Below, in pieces: positions 1-7,647 of a DNA stretch of 38,296 nucleotides (position 1 is the first letter of the stretch; every line of letters begins with the position of its first letter). Made by a program: the position numbers and the translations under genes. The stretch is from a virus, in IMG/VR virus record IMGVR_UViG_3300030397_000597, positions 1-38,296 of that record; one strand, 5' to 3'. The notes under the pieces are model-generated. The model was given only the letters and a program-made list of their open reading frames with translations. It made no database searches and was not told the DNA's origin.

Positions 1-123
1 TTTTTCCAGGTTTTGCATAAACGAATTGCCCAACCCTAGGGGCTTTTTTGAACATGCAATTCGGGAAAGTGACTCTTAACCCGTCTATGTCCAACATATA
101 CCTGAATTGGTATATACAACCAC
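1..123. repeat. Terminal direct repeat, copy 1 (identical to 38174..38296)
   Basis: Read directly: nt 1-123 match nt 38174-38296 base for base. This implies a circular, circularly permuted or terminally redundant 38173-bp unit genome. Confidence 0.95.
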
Positions 124-156
124 AACAGTTTCGTATCTGCCCTAAATAAGACCAAC

Positions 157-681
157 TCATAATATATCTTCTACTTCTCCGTAGTTCGTAAACTCAGTTT
201 CCTGAATCTGTACATATTCCGGCCTTGGATCGTCGTCCGCTGCTACGACCGGATTCCCTTTAGGTTTCTCAATGAGGCTGTTTATCTTTTCTACAGTCGA
301 CAGTCTCATCTTTTTACTCTCCATAAGATCGTCCAGTTTCGCCGGAGAGATTAACTTTTCCTCAACGACTTTTGCTTTGCCGAAGGTTTTTACCAGAACT
401 TCTCTGGCTGCCGATTGATCGAAGTATCTACGGTTCTTTCTTGACTCAACAAGTTTTACTCCAGGGAGCTTGTTACCGTTGAGCAATTCTGTTTGCAGTC
501 TCTCTGTTACTGCCTCAAAGAACTTTTTAGTTTGAGCAATCTTGGAGTGTACCAGCAGGCATTGCTCTATTGTCAATTCCTCGACATCTTGTTCAGGGGA
601 CATAACGTTAGCGTTATCAGGTTCCATTATTTCTCTAAATCTCCTATTTAATTTTTCTATATGTTTTTTGTAATTGTACAT
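157..681 (-). CDS. Replication-associated protein resembling the C-terminal half of DUF2800-family nucleases
   Basis: 174-aa ORF directly downstream of the DUF2800 nuclease ORF. 'LPGVKLVESRKNRRY ... ISPAKL ... IEKPKGNPVV..DDPRP' resembles, from memory, the C-terminal extension of DUF2800 proteins. Ends in the acidic tail 'GEVEDIL'. The start is uncertain: there is no SD and a -10-like box sits 2 nt upstream of the ATG. Confidence 0.4.
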   Translation of the reverse strand: MYNYKKHIEKLNRRFREIMEPDNANVMSPEQDVEELTIEQCLLVHSKIAQTKKFFEAVTERLQTELLNGNKLPGVKLVESRKNRRYFDQSAAREVLVKTFGKAKVVEEKLISPAKLDDLMESKKMRLSTVEKINSLIEKPKGNPVVAADDDPRPEYVQIQETEFTNYGEVEDIL

Positions 682-706
682 TTAATATACATTTAGTTAA
701 TGCATT

Positions 707-835
707 TTACAAGTAGAAAGGTCCTGTTAAATAAAATAATTTTTTATATCTTTGTTTTTCGAGTTTAAGTTTTTTCTTATCCCCTGTAGGGATGTGAGCT
801 TCAGCATATAAAGCTTTACGGTTTTTATGGGTCAT
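707..835 (-). CDS. Hypothetical basic 42-aa micro-ORF in the gap between the two DUF2800-like ORFs
   Basis: Hand-translated as MTHKNRKALYAEAHIPTGDKKKLKLEKQRYKKLFYLTGPFYL. GGGAGA lies 11 nt upstream of the ATG. It is below the ORF-track size cutoff and has no recognisable domain. Confidence 0.2.
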   Translation of the reverse strand: MTHKNRKALYAEAHIPTGDKKKLKLEKQRYKKLFYLTGPFYL

Positions 836-875
836 CTGTATTAATATCTCCCAACCATCATAGTATTTAACTTTT

Positions 876-1577
876 CTATCCATAAATGACTGCCCCTTGC
901 TTCTGAGCTTGACACCGACCGCTTGCAGGACACCACTTACAGTTTTCTTTACTTGGTGAAAATTTCAGATTTTTACCCTGAACAATGTTTTCTTTCGTTT
1001 CGAGGACTTTATCTTTGAAGCATGTCATATCTTTCATGGGCATCTTTGCTGATCCGTAATATTTACGTGGCGGCTGGATTATACCCATATCGATATATGT
1101 TATTTGTTCAGCCCCTATTATAGAGTCGTAATAATTCCAGACGTTTAATGCATAAATCATAAGCTGAGGGTTATATTCTACAGGAACCAGCCCCCAGCCC
1201 GATTTGAAGTCTCTCACCACCAACGTGTCGCCTTTAACCCCTGCACAGTCAACAATAGAATTGCCTACACCATAGAAATTTGGAATTTTCAACTCTATAA
1301 AAGGGGGAGTGCATCCCTTAAAAGTGTCGATTATCCGTTCTACATATGAATTAATAGATTGTAGACGTTTAATGTCTTTTATTTTTACACGGGGGTCTAG
1401 TATAGCGGAATCGTTATAGTGCGAATTTAATAAATTTTCACACGCCGAATGGTCTTCTGTACCTGCTCGATTATATACCGTACTTTTGGATTTGAATCCA
1501 TTCTTGGCTATGTAGCCCGGCGAGGCTGTACAATCTAACCATCGAGTAGCCGATGACGGCGAGAGACTTAGTTTCAT
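876..1577 (-). CDS. DUF2800-type PD-(D/E)XK (Cas4-like) nuclease with Fe-S cysteine cluster
   Basis: N-terminal 'SPSSATRWLDCTASPGY' is the DUF2800 signature. 'DFKSGWG' and 'NPQLMIYAL' form the nuclease core. C1 in 'WLDC' plus the C-terminal 'CKWCPASGRC' give a Cas4/AddB-like 4-Cys arrangement. ATGA overlap with the upstream ORF. Confidence 0.7.
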   Translation of the reverse strand: MKLSLSPSSATRWLDCTASPGYIAKNGFKSKSTVYNRAGTEDHSACENLLNSHYNDSAILDPRVKIKDIKRLQSINSYVERIIDTFKGCTPPFIELKIPNFYGVGNSIVDCAGVKGDTLVVRDFKSGWGLVPVEYNPQLMIYALNVWNYYDSIIGAEQITYIDMGIIQPPRKYYGSAKMPMKDMTCFKDKVLETKENIVQGKNLKFSPSKENCKWCPASGRCQAQKQGAVIYG

Positions 1578-1996
1578 ATCTGAATCGCACTAGCCTCATT
1601 ATAAAAATCAAGATATTGTTCAGGGTTAAGTTCGCTTAGTTTCTTAACGCCGAACCTATCCAGTAAAGGACGTATCAAATCGACTCTGTTTGCTGCCATG
1701 AACTTTCTTCCTATCTGTTGCAGAACTTCAAGTGTTACAGATTTAATGAGCTCGGGGCATTTTTCAGGGGCAGGCGGGGGTGTTACAGGTAGAGATTTTA
1801 CAGGCTGAGCAGGTGGAGGTGCTACAGGCTGAGCAGGTGGAGGCGGCGGTGCCGGGGTAAACTTCTGAACAGTCTGGGCAGAAGGAGCCTGGTTTGTTTC
1901 CCCACCGTTGATTTTTTTAATCTCAATTAAAAGCTCAGCAGTACGAATTGCAATTTCTTCTTTAACAATTTGCCTTATTGTATCTTCTATCGTCAT
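1574..1996 (-). CDS. Hypothetical protein with central proline-rich linker
   Basis: 140-aa ORF with an AAAGGAAA SD. 'PAPPPPPAQPVAPPPAQPV...PPPAP' separates two helical-looking domains. Lies in the replication module. Confidence 0.6.
   Translation of the reverse strand: MTIEDTIRQIVKEEIAIRTAELLIEIKKINGGETNQAPSAQTVQKFTPAPPPPPAQPVAPPPAQPVKSLPVTPPPAPEKCPELIKSVTLEVLQQIGRKFMAANRVDLIRPLLDRFGVKKLSELNPEQYLDFYNEASAIQI
1799..1843. repeat. 24-bp-period direct repeat (tacaggctgagcaggtggagg x2) encoding the Pro-rich linker
   Basis: 21-nt identical copies at 1799-1819 and 1823-1843, read directly. They encode the repeated PAQPVAPP segment on the minus strand. Confidence 0.85.
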
Positions 1997-2011
1997 TTTA
2001 TTTTCCTTTTG

Positions 2012-2251
2012 TCACCATACTATAGGTAGTATTTTATGTTTGAAGGAGAACTCTCCTTGTTCGAATTTTAATAAAACAATTTCTCTATGATTCAACTTGA
2101 CCGAAAACTTACCTTGAAATAAATCTCCTTCCTTTTTAAGTATTTTAGCTTCCATACGGTTCATCCACCCTTTACGGGGAAACTCTTTGATTATTAAAGA
2201 ACCCCCTCGTTCAGTTATAGATCTTTCTTCGTCGTTGTAATATGTTTTCAT
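2012..2251 (-). CDS. Hypothetical protein (79 aa from ATG 2251)
   Basis: The ORF track extends to a GTG at 2266. The ATG at 2251 lies exactly 6 nt downstream of a TATATT -10 box, so the transcript may be leaderless. No domain recognised. Confidence 0.5.
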   Translation of the reverse strand: MKTYYNDEERSITERGGSLIIKEFPRKGWMNRMEAKILKKEGDLFQGKFSVKLNHREIVLLKFEQGEFSFKHKILPIVW

Positions 2252-2257
2252 ATGCTT

Positions 2258-2286
2258 AATATACACTGTAAAAGTGTACCTATCAA
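2258..2286 (-). promoter_or_regulatory. Sigma70-like promoter (TTGATA-17 nt-TG-TATATT) in the primase/next-gene gap
   Basis: Minus strand reads catcTTGATAggtacacttttacagTGTATATTaagcatATG. -35 is at 2281-2286, -10 at 2258-2263, and the ATG at 2251 is 6 nt after the -10. Confidence 0.4.
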
Positions 2287-2293
2287 GATGTTT

Positions 2294-4516
2294 TTATAAA
2301 ATATTCTCGGATTTTCTGTAAGATTCCAGATCTTTAGGTTTGACCGTATCGGGTATGGATTCGTGCACATACAAAGTGTGTCTGCCCCCATCCGGAGGGA
2401 GTACCGGACGGATAGGGTATTTAAGATAACCCATTTCCATAAGTTGGGAAGTAATTCCTTTGATTGTGTATTGGTATTTAGGATAAAACCTGTCTATCAT
2501 ACTTCTCAACTCACCTAAAGATACATAACAATTGTTTACGTAGGGGTTGTTATAATTCTCGCAGATGTCGTTTATTATATAGTGGATGTCTGTATAGTTA
2601 AGCGGCTCAAGATGGTTACTGTACTTAGTGTCAGGGACTCGTTCATAACTGAACCACTTCGGAATTCTGTAATTCTTAAAGAAAGCGTAAGCGGCTCCTG
2701 CATATTTCGGTTTGATTATCTCATACATGTTATCGAATCCGCCTCGATCCATCCTGTTATTGATAGTTGTCCTGTCGGGTACAGAGGACCAAAGTAAACA
2801 ATACCTTCTGTTACCTGTTGCCGGGATCGCTGTACGGTGTTCGGTTAAAACAATGTAGTTGGTCACGTTCGGTATGTTATCCCCTACGTTCTCATGCTTA
2901 CGGTGAACGCTTATCTCCTCCTGGGTGATCATTGTTTTGAGCCTGTCCATTATTTCATAACGGGACTGGCCGCTTGCCTGCACTTCTTCTATGAATATGA
3001 CCTGTTTACCGGTAGCCCATGAATTGTAAGGAGTGGCGATGACATGCGGTGTTATTTTGTTCACGTTTCTTATACCCAGCATACTTGTCATAAGATCAGC
3101 TAAAACTGACTTACCGCATCCGGTAATCCCTTGTATAACGAGGCACCATTTCAACCTTCTGGCAGGGTTCTGTATTACCCAGGCTATGAAACACATAATA
3201 ACTTCTCTGGCTGCCCGGTCTTTTCTGAACAACCATGCGAGGTGATCTCTGATGGTTTTTTCTACGAACTCGATATCTTCTTTATAAAACGTTTCAAAGA
3301 CAGGGGGTTGATAGGTGTTTATATACCTTTTCCTTTCCAGGGTCTGGACCGGAGGATACGACAGGTTGTTGCTTGGGAGATAGATAAAGTCGTCAACCCG
3401 ATCAATATTAGCATACTTAGATAAAAAAGTCTGGGCTGTGCAGTCAATACCTTTAGGTAAACAAGCGTTAAAAGTAGGATTGACAGAGTTCAAGGAGACC
3501 TTCTGACGTGTCAACCAGTTATAGTAGACTGACTCCGATGTCACCCAGACCAGTGTCTTCAACCATGTCGGGTTCAGATCTTTCTTAGGTATTTTGAGTT
3601 CAGCCGGTTTCTCGAGCTTGTTTGTTTTACTGAGATTGTAACCTTGTTCTTTCGCCAGCTTTAAGGGGTGTGCAAAGGTAACAGGACGACGACCGGCTGG
3701 ATAAGGTTCCAATCTTGACCATAGGTCTTCACAGGTTTGTTCTTTATCGAACTTCTGACCTTTAGAAGACCAATCTCTGAAAATCTCAAATCCTTTACCG
3801 TCTTCTTCCTGATACTGGTGTTTAATTGCTGAAGCTACCTTTATCCAGTCCTGATAAACAATGTCGGGGTCTATGTGGCCTAGTATCTCTTTAACTTGTT
3901 TGTTCGTAATCTTTAACGGAGGCTCCTGATAAAGAGAAGCTTGTTCTTCGCTTCGGGTTTCCACAACTTGAACAATTTTTGTTAGATGGAAAGGCTTCCC
4001 CTCACGGTACTCATACCGGTATACCACGTCGCTTAACTGTTTCGGGTAAAAGAAAGCCTGTACCGGTACCAACGATTCCTTGTTGATAGTTATCCCGATT
4101 TCTTCCCCTGCCTGATACAATGCTGCCGAGTACTGTCCAACGGCGACGTTTTCGCAGTTTATGAACAAATGGTACCTGGGGTTCAGGTCGGTATGTGAGG
4201 TGGTGGAATGTATGATATACTCGTAAGGGGTAGCCTGAAGCTTTCTTATATCAAAGGGCTGGTCCTCGATGTCTATCGCAAGAAAATTTATCCCGATCGC
4301 TGCATTGTTCTTTCTGCTGTTCTCCTTAAGTATAGCCGCTATGCAGTACCGGGTATCTTTAATATCCAGCCGTTCTGGTTTACTGAGTATAGAATAACCG
4401 ATGGCGGACATTGCGATTTTATCCGGAGAGAGGAAACCTTGAGCAAATTCAAGGAACGTTTGCTGTATAGGCACAGGGGTATTGTCGAATCGATTTTTCC
4501 CGTGGAATATCTGCAT
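2294..4516 (-). CDS. Bifunctional primase / SF3 (D5-like, VirE/P4-type) helicase
   Basis: 740 aa. The central 'DWIKVASAIKHQ...GFEIFRDWSSKGQKFD...CEDLWSRL' looks like a PriCT-2 primase C-terminal motif. Walker A is 'GITGCGKS' and Walker B is 'VIFIEEV', as in D5/P4 helicases. Ends in 'SYRKSENIL'. Confidence 0.75.
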   Translation of the reverse strand: MQIFHGKNRFDNTPVPIQQTFLEFAQGFLSPDKIAMSAIGYSILSKPERLDIKDTRYCIAAILKENSRKNNAAIGINFLAIDIEDQPFDIRKLQATPYEYIIHSTTSHTDLNPRYHLFINCENVAVGQYSAALYQAGEEIGITINKESLVPVQAFFYPKQLSDVVYRYEYREGKPFHLTKIVQVVETRSEEQASLYQEPPLKITNKQVKEILGHIDPDIVYQDWIKVASAIKHQYQEEDGKGFEIFRDWSSKGQKFDKEQTCEDLWSRLEPYPAGRRPVTFAHPLKLAKEQGYNLSKTNKLEKPAELKIPKKDLNPTWLKTLVWVTSESVYYNWLTRQKVSLNSVNPTFNACLPKGIDCTAQTFLSKYANIDRVDDFIYLPSNNLSYPPVQTLERKRYINTYQPPVFETFYKEDIEFVEKTIRDHLAWLFRKDRAAREVIMCFIAWVIQNPARRLKWCLVIQGITGCGKSVLADLMTSMLGIRNVNKITPHVIATPYNSWATGKQVIFIEEVQASGQSRYEIMDRLKTMITQEEISVHRKHENVGDNIPNVTNYIVLTEHRTAIPATGNRRYCLLWSSVPDRTTINNRMDRGGFDNMYEIIKPKYAGAAYAFFKNYRIPKWFSYERVPDTKYSNHLEPLNYTDIHYIINDICENYNNPYVNNCYVSLGELRSMIDRFYPKYQYTIKGITSQLMEMGYLKYPIRPVLPPDGGRHTLYVHESIPDTVKPKDLESYRKSENIL

Positions 4517-4525
4517 GGAATACGA

Positions 4526-4687
4526 TTATATTTTACGAGGGTTTTCGTTTCTCGGATCAAACTCGACATAGTTAAACAACATTGTTCGGATGATGACAGC
4601 GAAGTTGCTTCCTTCGTATCTTGCCCGTTCCATAGCCTTTTCGTAAATTTCCTGATCAATCTCTACTGTTCGTCGTATTTTTTTCAT
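4526..4687 (-). CDS. Ribbon-helix-helix (CopG/Arc-like) DNA-binding protein, 53 aa (not in ORF track)
   Basis: Hand-translated as MKKIRRTVEIDQEIYEKAMERARYEGSNFAVIIRTMLFNYVEFDPRNENPRKI, which has a beta-strand/helix/helix pattern typical of RHH. Its ATG overlaps the stop of the upstream ORF (ATGA). It fills the gap otherwise covered only by the implausible 4339..4659 ORF. Confidence 0.6.
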   Translation of the reverse strand: MKKIRRTVEIDQEIYEKAMERARYEGSNFAVIIRTMLFNYVEFDPRNENPRKI

Positions 4688-5019
4688 TTTACCTCTATCT
4701 CGCTCCCGTCTAAGGATATGAATTCCACGTCTGAGAGAAGAAATTCAATTTTCGCTGTTGATGTTTCGGCTATGTATCCTCGCCCTTCCTTTTCTATTAC
4801 GGCACGTATCTGAAAACAGGAAGACATACTATAATGAAGATTCTTTTTAATAAGAACCGGTCTTTTCCAACTTATTACATTCTGTATGCGTTCTTTCGCT
4901 TCTTTTAGTTTAGTTTGGCGAACTTCTACTGCATTAGTCTGCCATGATCTTTTGAAACTGTCTATTGTTTTTCTATCTGTAATTTTCAAATCTGAATTTT
5001 TAATTTTTAAGTCTACCAT
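4684..5019 (-). CDS. Hypothetical protein (111 aa from ATG 5019)
   Basis: GGAGG SD 8 nt upstream of ATG 5019 (gggaggagaacaataATG). The longer track ORF start at 5055 lacks an RBS. Translationally coupled to the RHH ORF. Confidence 0.6.
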   Translation of the reverse strand: MVDLKIKNSDLKITDRKTIDSFKRSWQTNAVEVRQTKLKEAKERIQNVISWKRPVLIKKNLHYSMSSCFQIRAVIEKEGRGYIAETSTAKIEFLLSDVEFISLDGSEIEVK

Positions 5020-5033
5020 TATTGTTCTCCTCC

Positions 5034-5228
5034 CTAGTTTAATATGAAAAAACAAATGTAAAATATCAGTATTGAGAAACCTATAAAGAAAGCAAGATTG
5101 AACAAGCTCCAGATGAATGAAAGTAAAAGTCTAGGGGTCGACATGGACTCAATCCATACTCGACGTCTATGAGCTTGGCCTTTTTCTTTTATCTCCTGCA
5201 AGTTTTTCTCTGTTATTTCTCTCAGCAT
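5034..5228 (-). CDS. Small membrane protein (64 aa, hydrophobic C-terminal half)
   Basis: Charged N-terminus followed by 'LLLSFIWSLFNLAFFIGFSILIFYICFFIL'. AAGGAG lies upstream. TAATG overlap with the preceding micro-ORF. Confidence 0.55.
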   Translation of the reverse strand: MLREITEKNLQEIKEKGQAHRRRVWIESMSTPRLLLSFIWSLFNLAFFIGFSILIFYICFFILN

Positions 5229-5308
5229 TATGTAAAAACTCTCCTTAGTATAAATACGATTATTAAGAAAATGAAAATAAGTGCGAATGTAAATTTATCA
5301 ACTTTCAT
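5228..5308 (-). CDS. 26-aa hydrophobic micro-peptide, possibly translated from a leaderless mRNA
   Basis: Hand-translated as MKVDKFTFALIFIFLIIVFILRRVFT. The ATG at 5308 lies exactly 6 nt after a consensus TATAAT. The stop overlaps the next ATG (TAATG). Confidence 0.3.
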   Translation of the reverse strand: MKVDKFTFALIFIFLIIVFILRRVFT

Positions 5309-5314
5309 AATACT

Positions 5315-5343
5315 ATTATACACCTTATTGCTGTATGTTTCAA
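5315..5343 (-). promoter_or_regulatory. Sigma70-like promoter (TTGAAA-17 nt-TG-TATAAT)
   Basis: Minus strand reads cTTGAAAcatacagcaataaggTGTATAATagtattATG. It shares 'cTTGAAAcataca' and 'ggtgTATAAT' with the promoter at 8399-8427. Confidence 0.5.
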
Positions 5344-5361
5344 GTACTTTTTGAATTTATT

Positions 5362-5781
5362 TTAAACTATCTCATAGTTTAATATCCAATTGTACTTATT
5401 GAGGTTGGGGTAGCTGATTATCTCTTTCTGCAACAACTGTTTATCGAGGGGTTTCATCCTGAACAATTTCTTCTTGAAAGATTTTATAACTCTTGGGTAT
5501 GACGTTTCGCACGGGTAGTTTTTAATAACGACCCCAACCCCGGTAGTGTAATGTGACACCATAACCCTTCCGGGTTCGTCCAGTCTTCTATGTACGATCC
5601 AGTAGTTCATTAAGGGTGGTTCAAGCGGGAACGGATCAAGTTTATAGATCTTTCCGTACCAAGGCCTTGGTCCGGTGTTGTCTGCCAGCATGAACCCTTG
5701 ATAGTATCTCTGGTTCGGCTTATCAGGTAGACGGTGGAGTTCAGTCTGTACCGTTATATGTAATCTGTCTTTGTTGTTCAT
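5362..5781 (-). CDS. Hypothetical early protein (139 aa)
   Basis: ORF with ATGA overlap to the upstream gene. No domain recognised. Confidence 0.6.
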   Translation of the reverse strand: MNNKDRLHITVQTELHRLPDKPNQRYYQGFMLADNTGPRPWYGKIYKLDPFPLEPPLMNYWIVHRRLDEPGRVMVSHYTTGVGVVIKNYPCETSYPRVIKSFKKKLFRMKPLDKQLLQKEIISYPNLNKYNWILNYEIV

Positions 5782-6236
5782 TGTTGCTCGCTCCAGATAA
5801 GGTAATCAATAAAAGTTATTGCATCGTCTATTTTTATGTCTGTTGACGATTTGAAAGTCTTTCCGCAAATCTTTTCGTATTGAATTTCAGAATCCTCATT
5901 AAGATAAAATAAACATTCTATTAATTCTCGTTCATAGTAAGTCTCATACTCAAGCCATTCTTTCATAGAATTAATAGTATTTAATTCATGGTATGACGGT
6001 GATCCAATTGAAGATACTGTCCCTCCAAATTTTCTCCATTCGGGAGATACAGCAAGGTATCCTCCAACGCAAGCTGAATATCCGCATGCATGCAACTCTT
6101 CCTCGCTTTCTAAAGCAAAATCAGGTTTAACTCCGTGACTTATACATTGAAAATACTCTATGTTAAACTTATTATTATTCTTCTTCTTTGCCCTTAACAG
6201 GATTTTTTTTAATGTCTCCAGCCTGTCTACTCTCAT
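5778..6236 (-). CDS. Hypothetical early protein (152 aa from ATG 6236)
   Basis: AGGAG SD (aaaaaaggagaacaaatATG) upstream of ATG 6236. Contains 'HACGYSACVGGYLA'. No function recognised. Confidence 0.55.
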   Translation of the reverse strand: MRVDRLETLKKILLRAKKKNNNKFNIEYFQCISHGVKPDFALESEEELHACGYSACVGGYLAVSPEWRKFGGTVSSIGSPSYHELNTINSMKEWLEYETYYERELIECLFYLNEDSEIQYEKICGKTFKSSTDIKIDDAITFIDYLIWSEQQ

Positions 6237-6342
6237 ATTTGTTCTCCTTTTTTGCTTGCTTAATAAACCTGTCCCAATTTTCACCAGACGGCATTCCTAG
6301 GTACTCTTTGTAATAAAAATCAGATAGCTTTACTTCTTCCAT
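6175..6342 (-). CDS. Hypothetical 55-aa ORF (not in ORF track)
   Basis: AAGGAG SD 8 nt upstream of ATG 6342. TAATG overlap with the stop of the upstream gene. Overlaps the next ORF by 62 nt, which lowers confidence. Confidence 0.3.
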   Translation of the reverse strand: MEEVKLSDFYYKEYLGMPSGENWDRFIKQAKKENKYESRQAGDIKKNPVKGKEEE

Positions 6343-6647
6343 TATATTATCTCCTTGTAATAGTAGTCGATGGCATCAGCCAAGAGTTTGTTAAGTTGTA
6401 TTTCTATTATGTATAAGTCAGCTGATAGCCGGGAAACTAAATGGCTGTGAGTCTGAACAATGTCTTCTACCTGATCGTTCATCAGGCATATGTTGGTGGA
6501 GTCATCTTCATGGAAAGGACGACTTAGAATCCCTATGAGTCTGTACATTATATTGTTGGTATTAGATCCCGCGTCTATGGATAATCTTATCAATGCTGCT
6601 ATGTCTTCTGCTTCTTCTATAAGTTCCTGTTGTCTATCGTCGTCCAC
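6342..6647 (-). CDS. Small strongly acidic early protein (101 aa)
   Basis: GTG start preceded by GGAGA. By my count about 20 Asp/Glu against about 7 Arg/Lys. Confidence 0.55.
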   Translation of the reverse strand: MDDDRQQELIEEAEDIAALIRLSIDAGSNTNNIMYRLIGILSRPFHEDDSTNICLMNDQVEDIVQTHSHLVSRLSADLYIIEIQLNKLLADAIDYYYKEII

Positions 6648-6936
6648 GGTTTATCTCCAGTATTAAAGTTGACATTAAGGTGTTGAATTGGAGAAAGCTG
6701 TGCTTCCTGCTGTCTATTAGTTCGTTTGATATCGAGGTTTGGAAGTGAGTCAGTTGATAGATCCTCTCCGTCAGTTCTCCGAGATCGTTGGTTTCACGGG
6801 AGAATTCGGAGCTTAGAAGGTAAGTTCTGAGGTCTTCAAGCTTGATTACCGCTTTAAGGCTTTTCTTATTACCTCCCTTAACAATGAACCGTATGAAGTG
6901 GTTTACCTGATGCACCGGGTTTGATTGTTCTGTCAT
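6634..6936 (-). CDS. Hypothetical early protein (100 aa)
   Basis: ORF with ATGA overlap to the upstream gene. No domain recognised. Confidence 0.55.
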   Translation of the reverse strand: MTEQSNPVHQVNHFIRFIVKGGNKKSLKAVIKLEDLRTYLLSSEFSRETNDLGELTERIYQLTHFQTSISNELIDSRKHSFLQFNTLMSTLILEINRGRR

Positions 6937-7337
6937 TGGTATTTATCCTTATATGCTTCGGTGATGGCTGTAGATGTCCGGATTATGAGATCGCAGAGTT
7001 CGTCCGGTATCGGTTTGTTCTCAGACTTAAGTCCGTGGTAACGCGCTACCAGCTCGGTTTGTTTTTCTTCAAGCTCTTCTATGTAGATGTCGTCAGTATT
7101 CATACAAGTTAACGTCCTGGATATTTCCACTATCAATTTTCCTCTTTTATCTGTATGTACCGATTCTATACTTTCTATGTTAAAGTAGTCTTTGAACCCG
7201 TACGGGATTTCCAAAGAGTAAAGGTTTTGTTTTTCCTTGAACAATCTCCCGTAGGTTGGTGATTTTTCTTTGAGGCAGATCTCTTCACCTATAAACTCAT
7301 CCAATATAGTTTTCGCTTTCTCCTGATCTACACCCAT
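6933..7337 (-). CDS. Hypothetical early protein (134 aa)
   Basis: GAAGGAGG SD upstream of ATG 7337. No domain recognised. Confidence 0.6.
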   Translation of the reverse strand: MGVDQEKAKTILDEFIGEEICLKEKSPTYGRLFKEKQNLYSLEIPYGFKDYFNIESIESVHTDKRGKLIVEISRTLTCMNTDDIYIEELEEKQTELVARYHGLKSENKPIPDELCDLIIRTSTAITEAYKDKYQ

Positions 7338-7642
7338 GTCTTCTTACCTCCTTCATCTTTAGCTACAAGCTTGTTTGAGTTTGTTTTGTCGGCTGGCTTC
7401 GTATAAGGAGTCATTTTAATGACGAGCGTATCTTCGTGGGTATCGATCCCTTCTACGTAGTCCGAGTAGAATTGTACATAGTCTCCGACCTTATTAGCAA
7501 TGGTGTAGAACTCGCGGTAACCGGTTTGTCTTTTTCGCAAGGTTCCCCCGTAGATTTTACCGTGCCGGTCTTTGATAAGCACCCGCTCGTTGATATTATT
7601 GTTCAGTGCTTCCATGATATGTATGAGTTTTGTTAACGGCAT
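7328..7642 (-). CDS. Hypothetical early protein (104 aa)
   Basis: AAAGGAGA SD. 'ERVLIKDRHGKIYGGTL' is faintly Sm/SH3-like, which is too weak to support a call. Confidence 0.55.
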   Translation of the reverse strand: MPLTKLIHIMEALNNNINERVLIKDRHGKIYGGTLRKRQTGYREFYTIANKVGDYVQFYSDYVEGIDTHEDTLVIKMTPYTKPADKTNSNKLVAKDEGGKKTWV

Positions 7643-7647
7643 TTGTT

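Noticed and set aside
4339-4659. 106-aa ORF from the track overlapping the primase-helicase start
   Set aside because: It overlaps 2294..4516 by 178 nt, has no RBS and gives an odd low-complexity product. The same gap is better explained by the SD-less but ATGA-coupled 53-aa RHH ORF in another frame (4526..4687).
4684-5019. HicB-like antitoxin domain ('IRAVIEKEGRGYIAE') which, with the downstream RHH, would make a split HicB
   Set aside because: Only a short beta-strand motif matches. The following conserved 'PG...G-x-T-x-EEA' part of the UPF0150/HicB fold is absent and there is no HicA-like partner.
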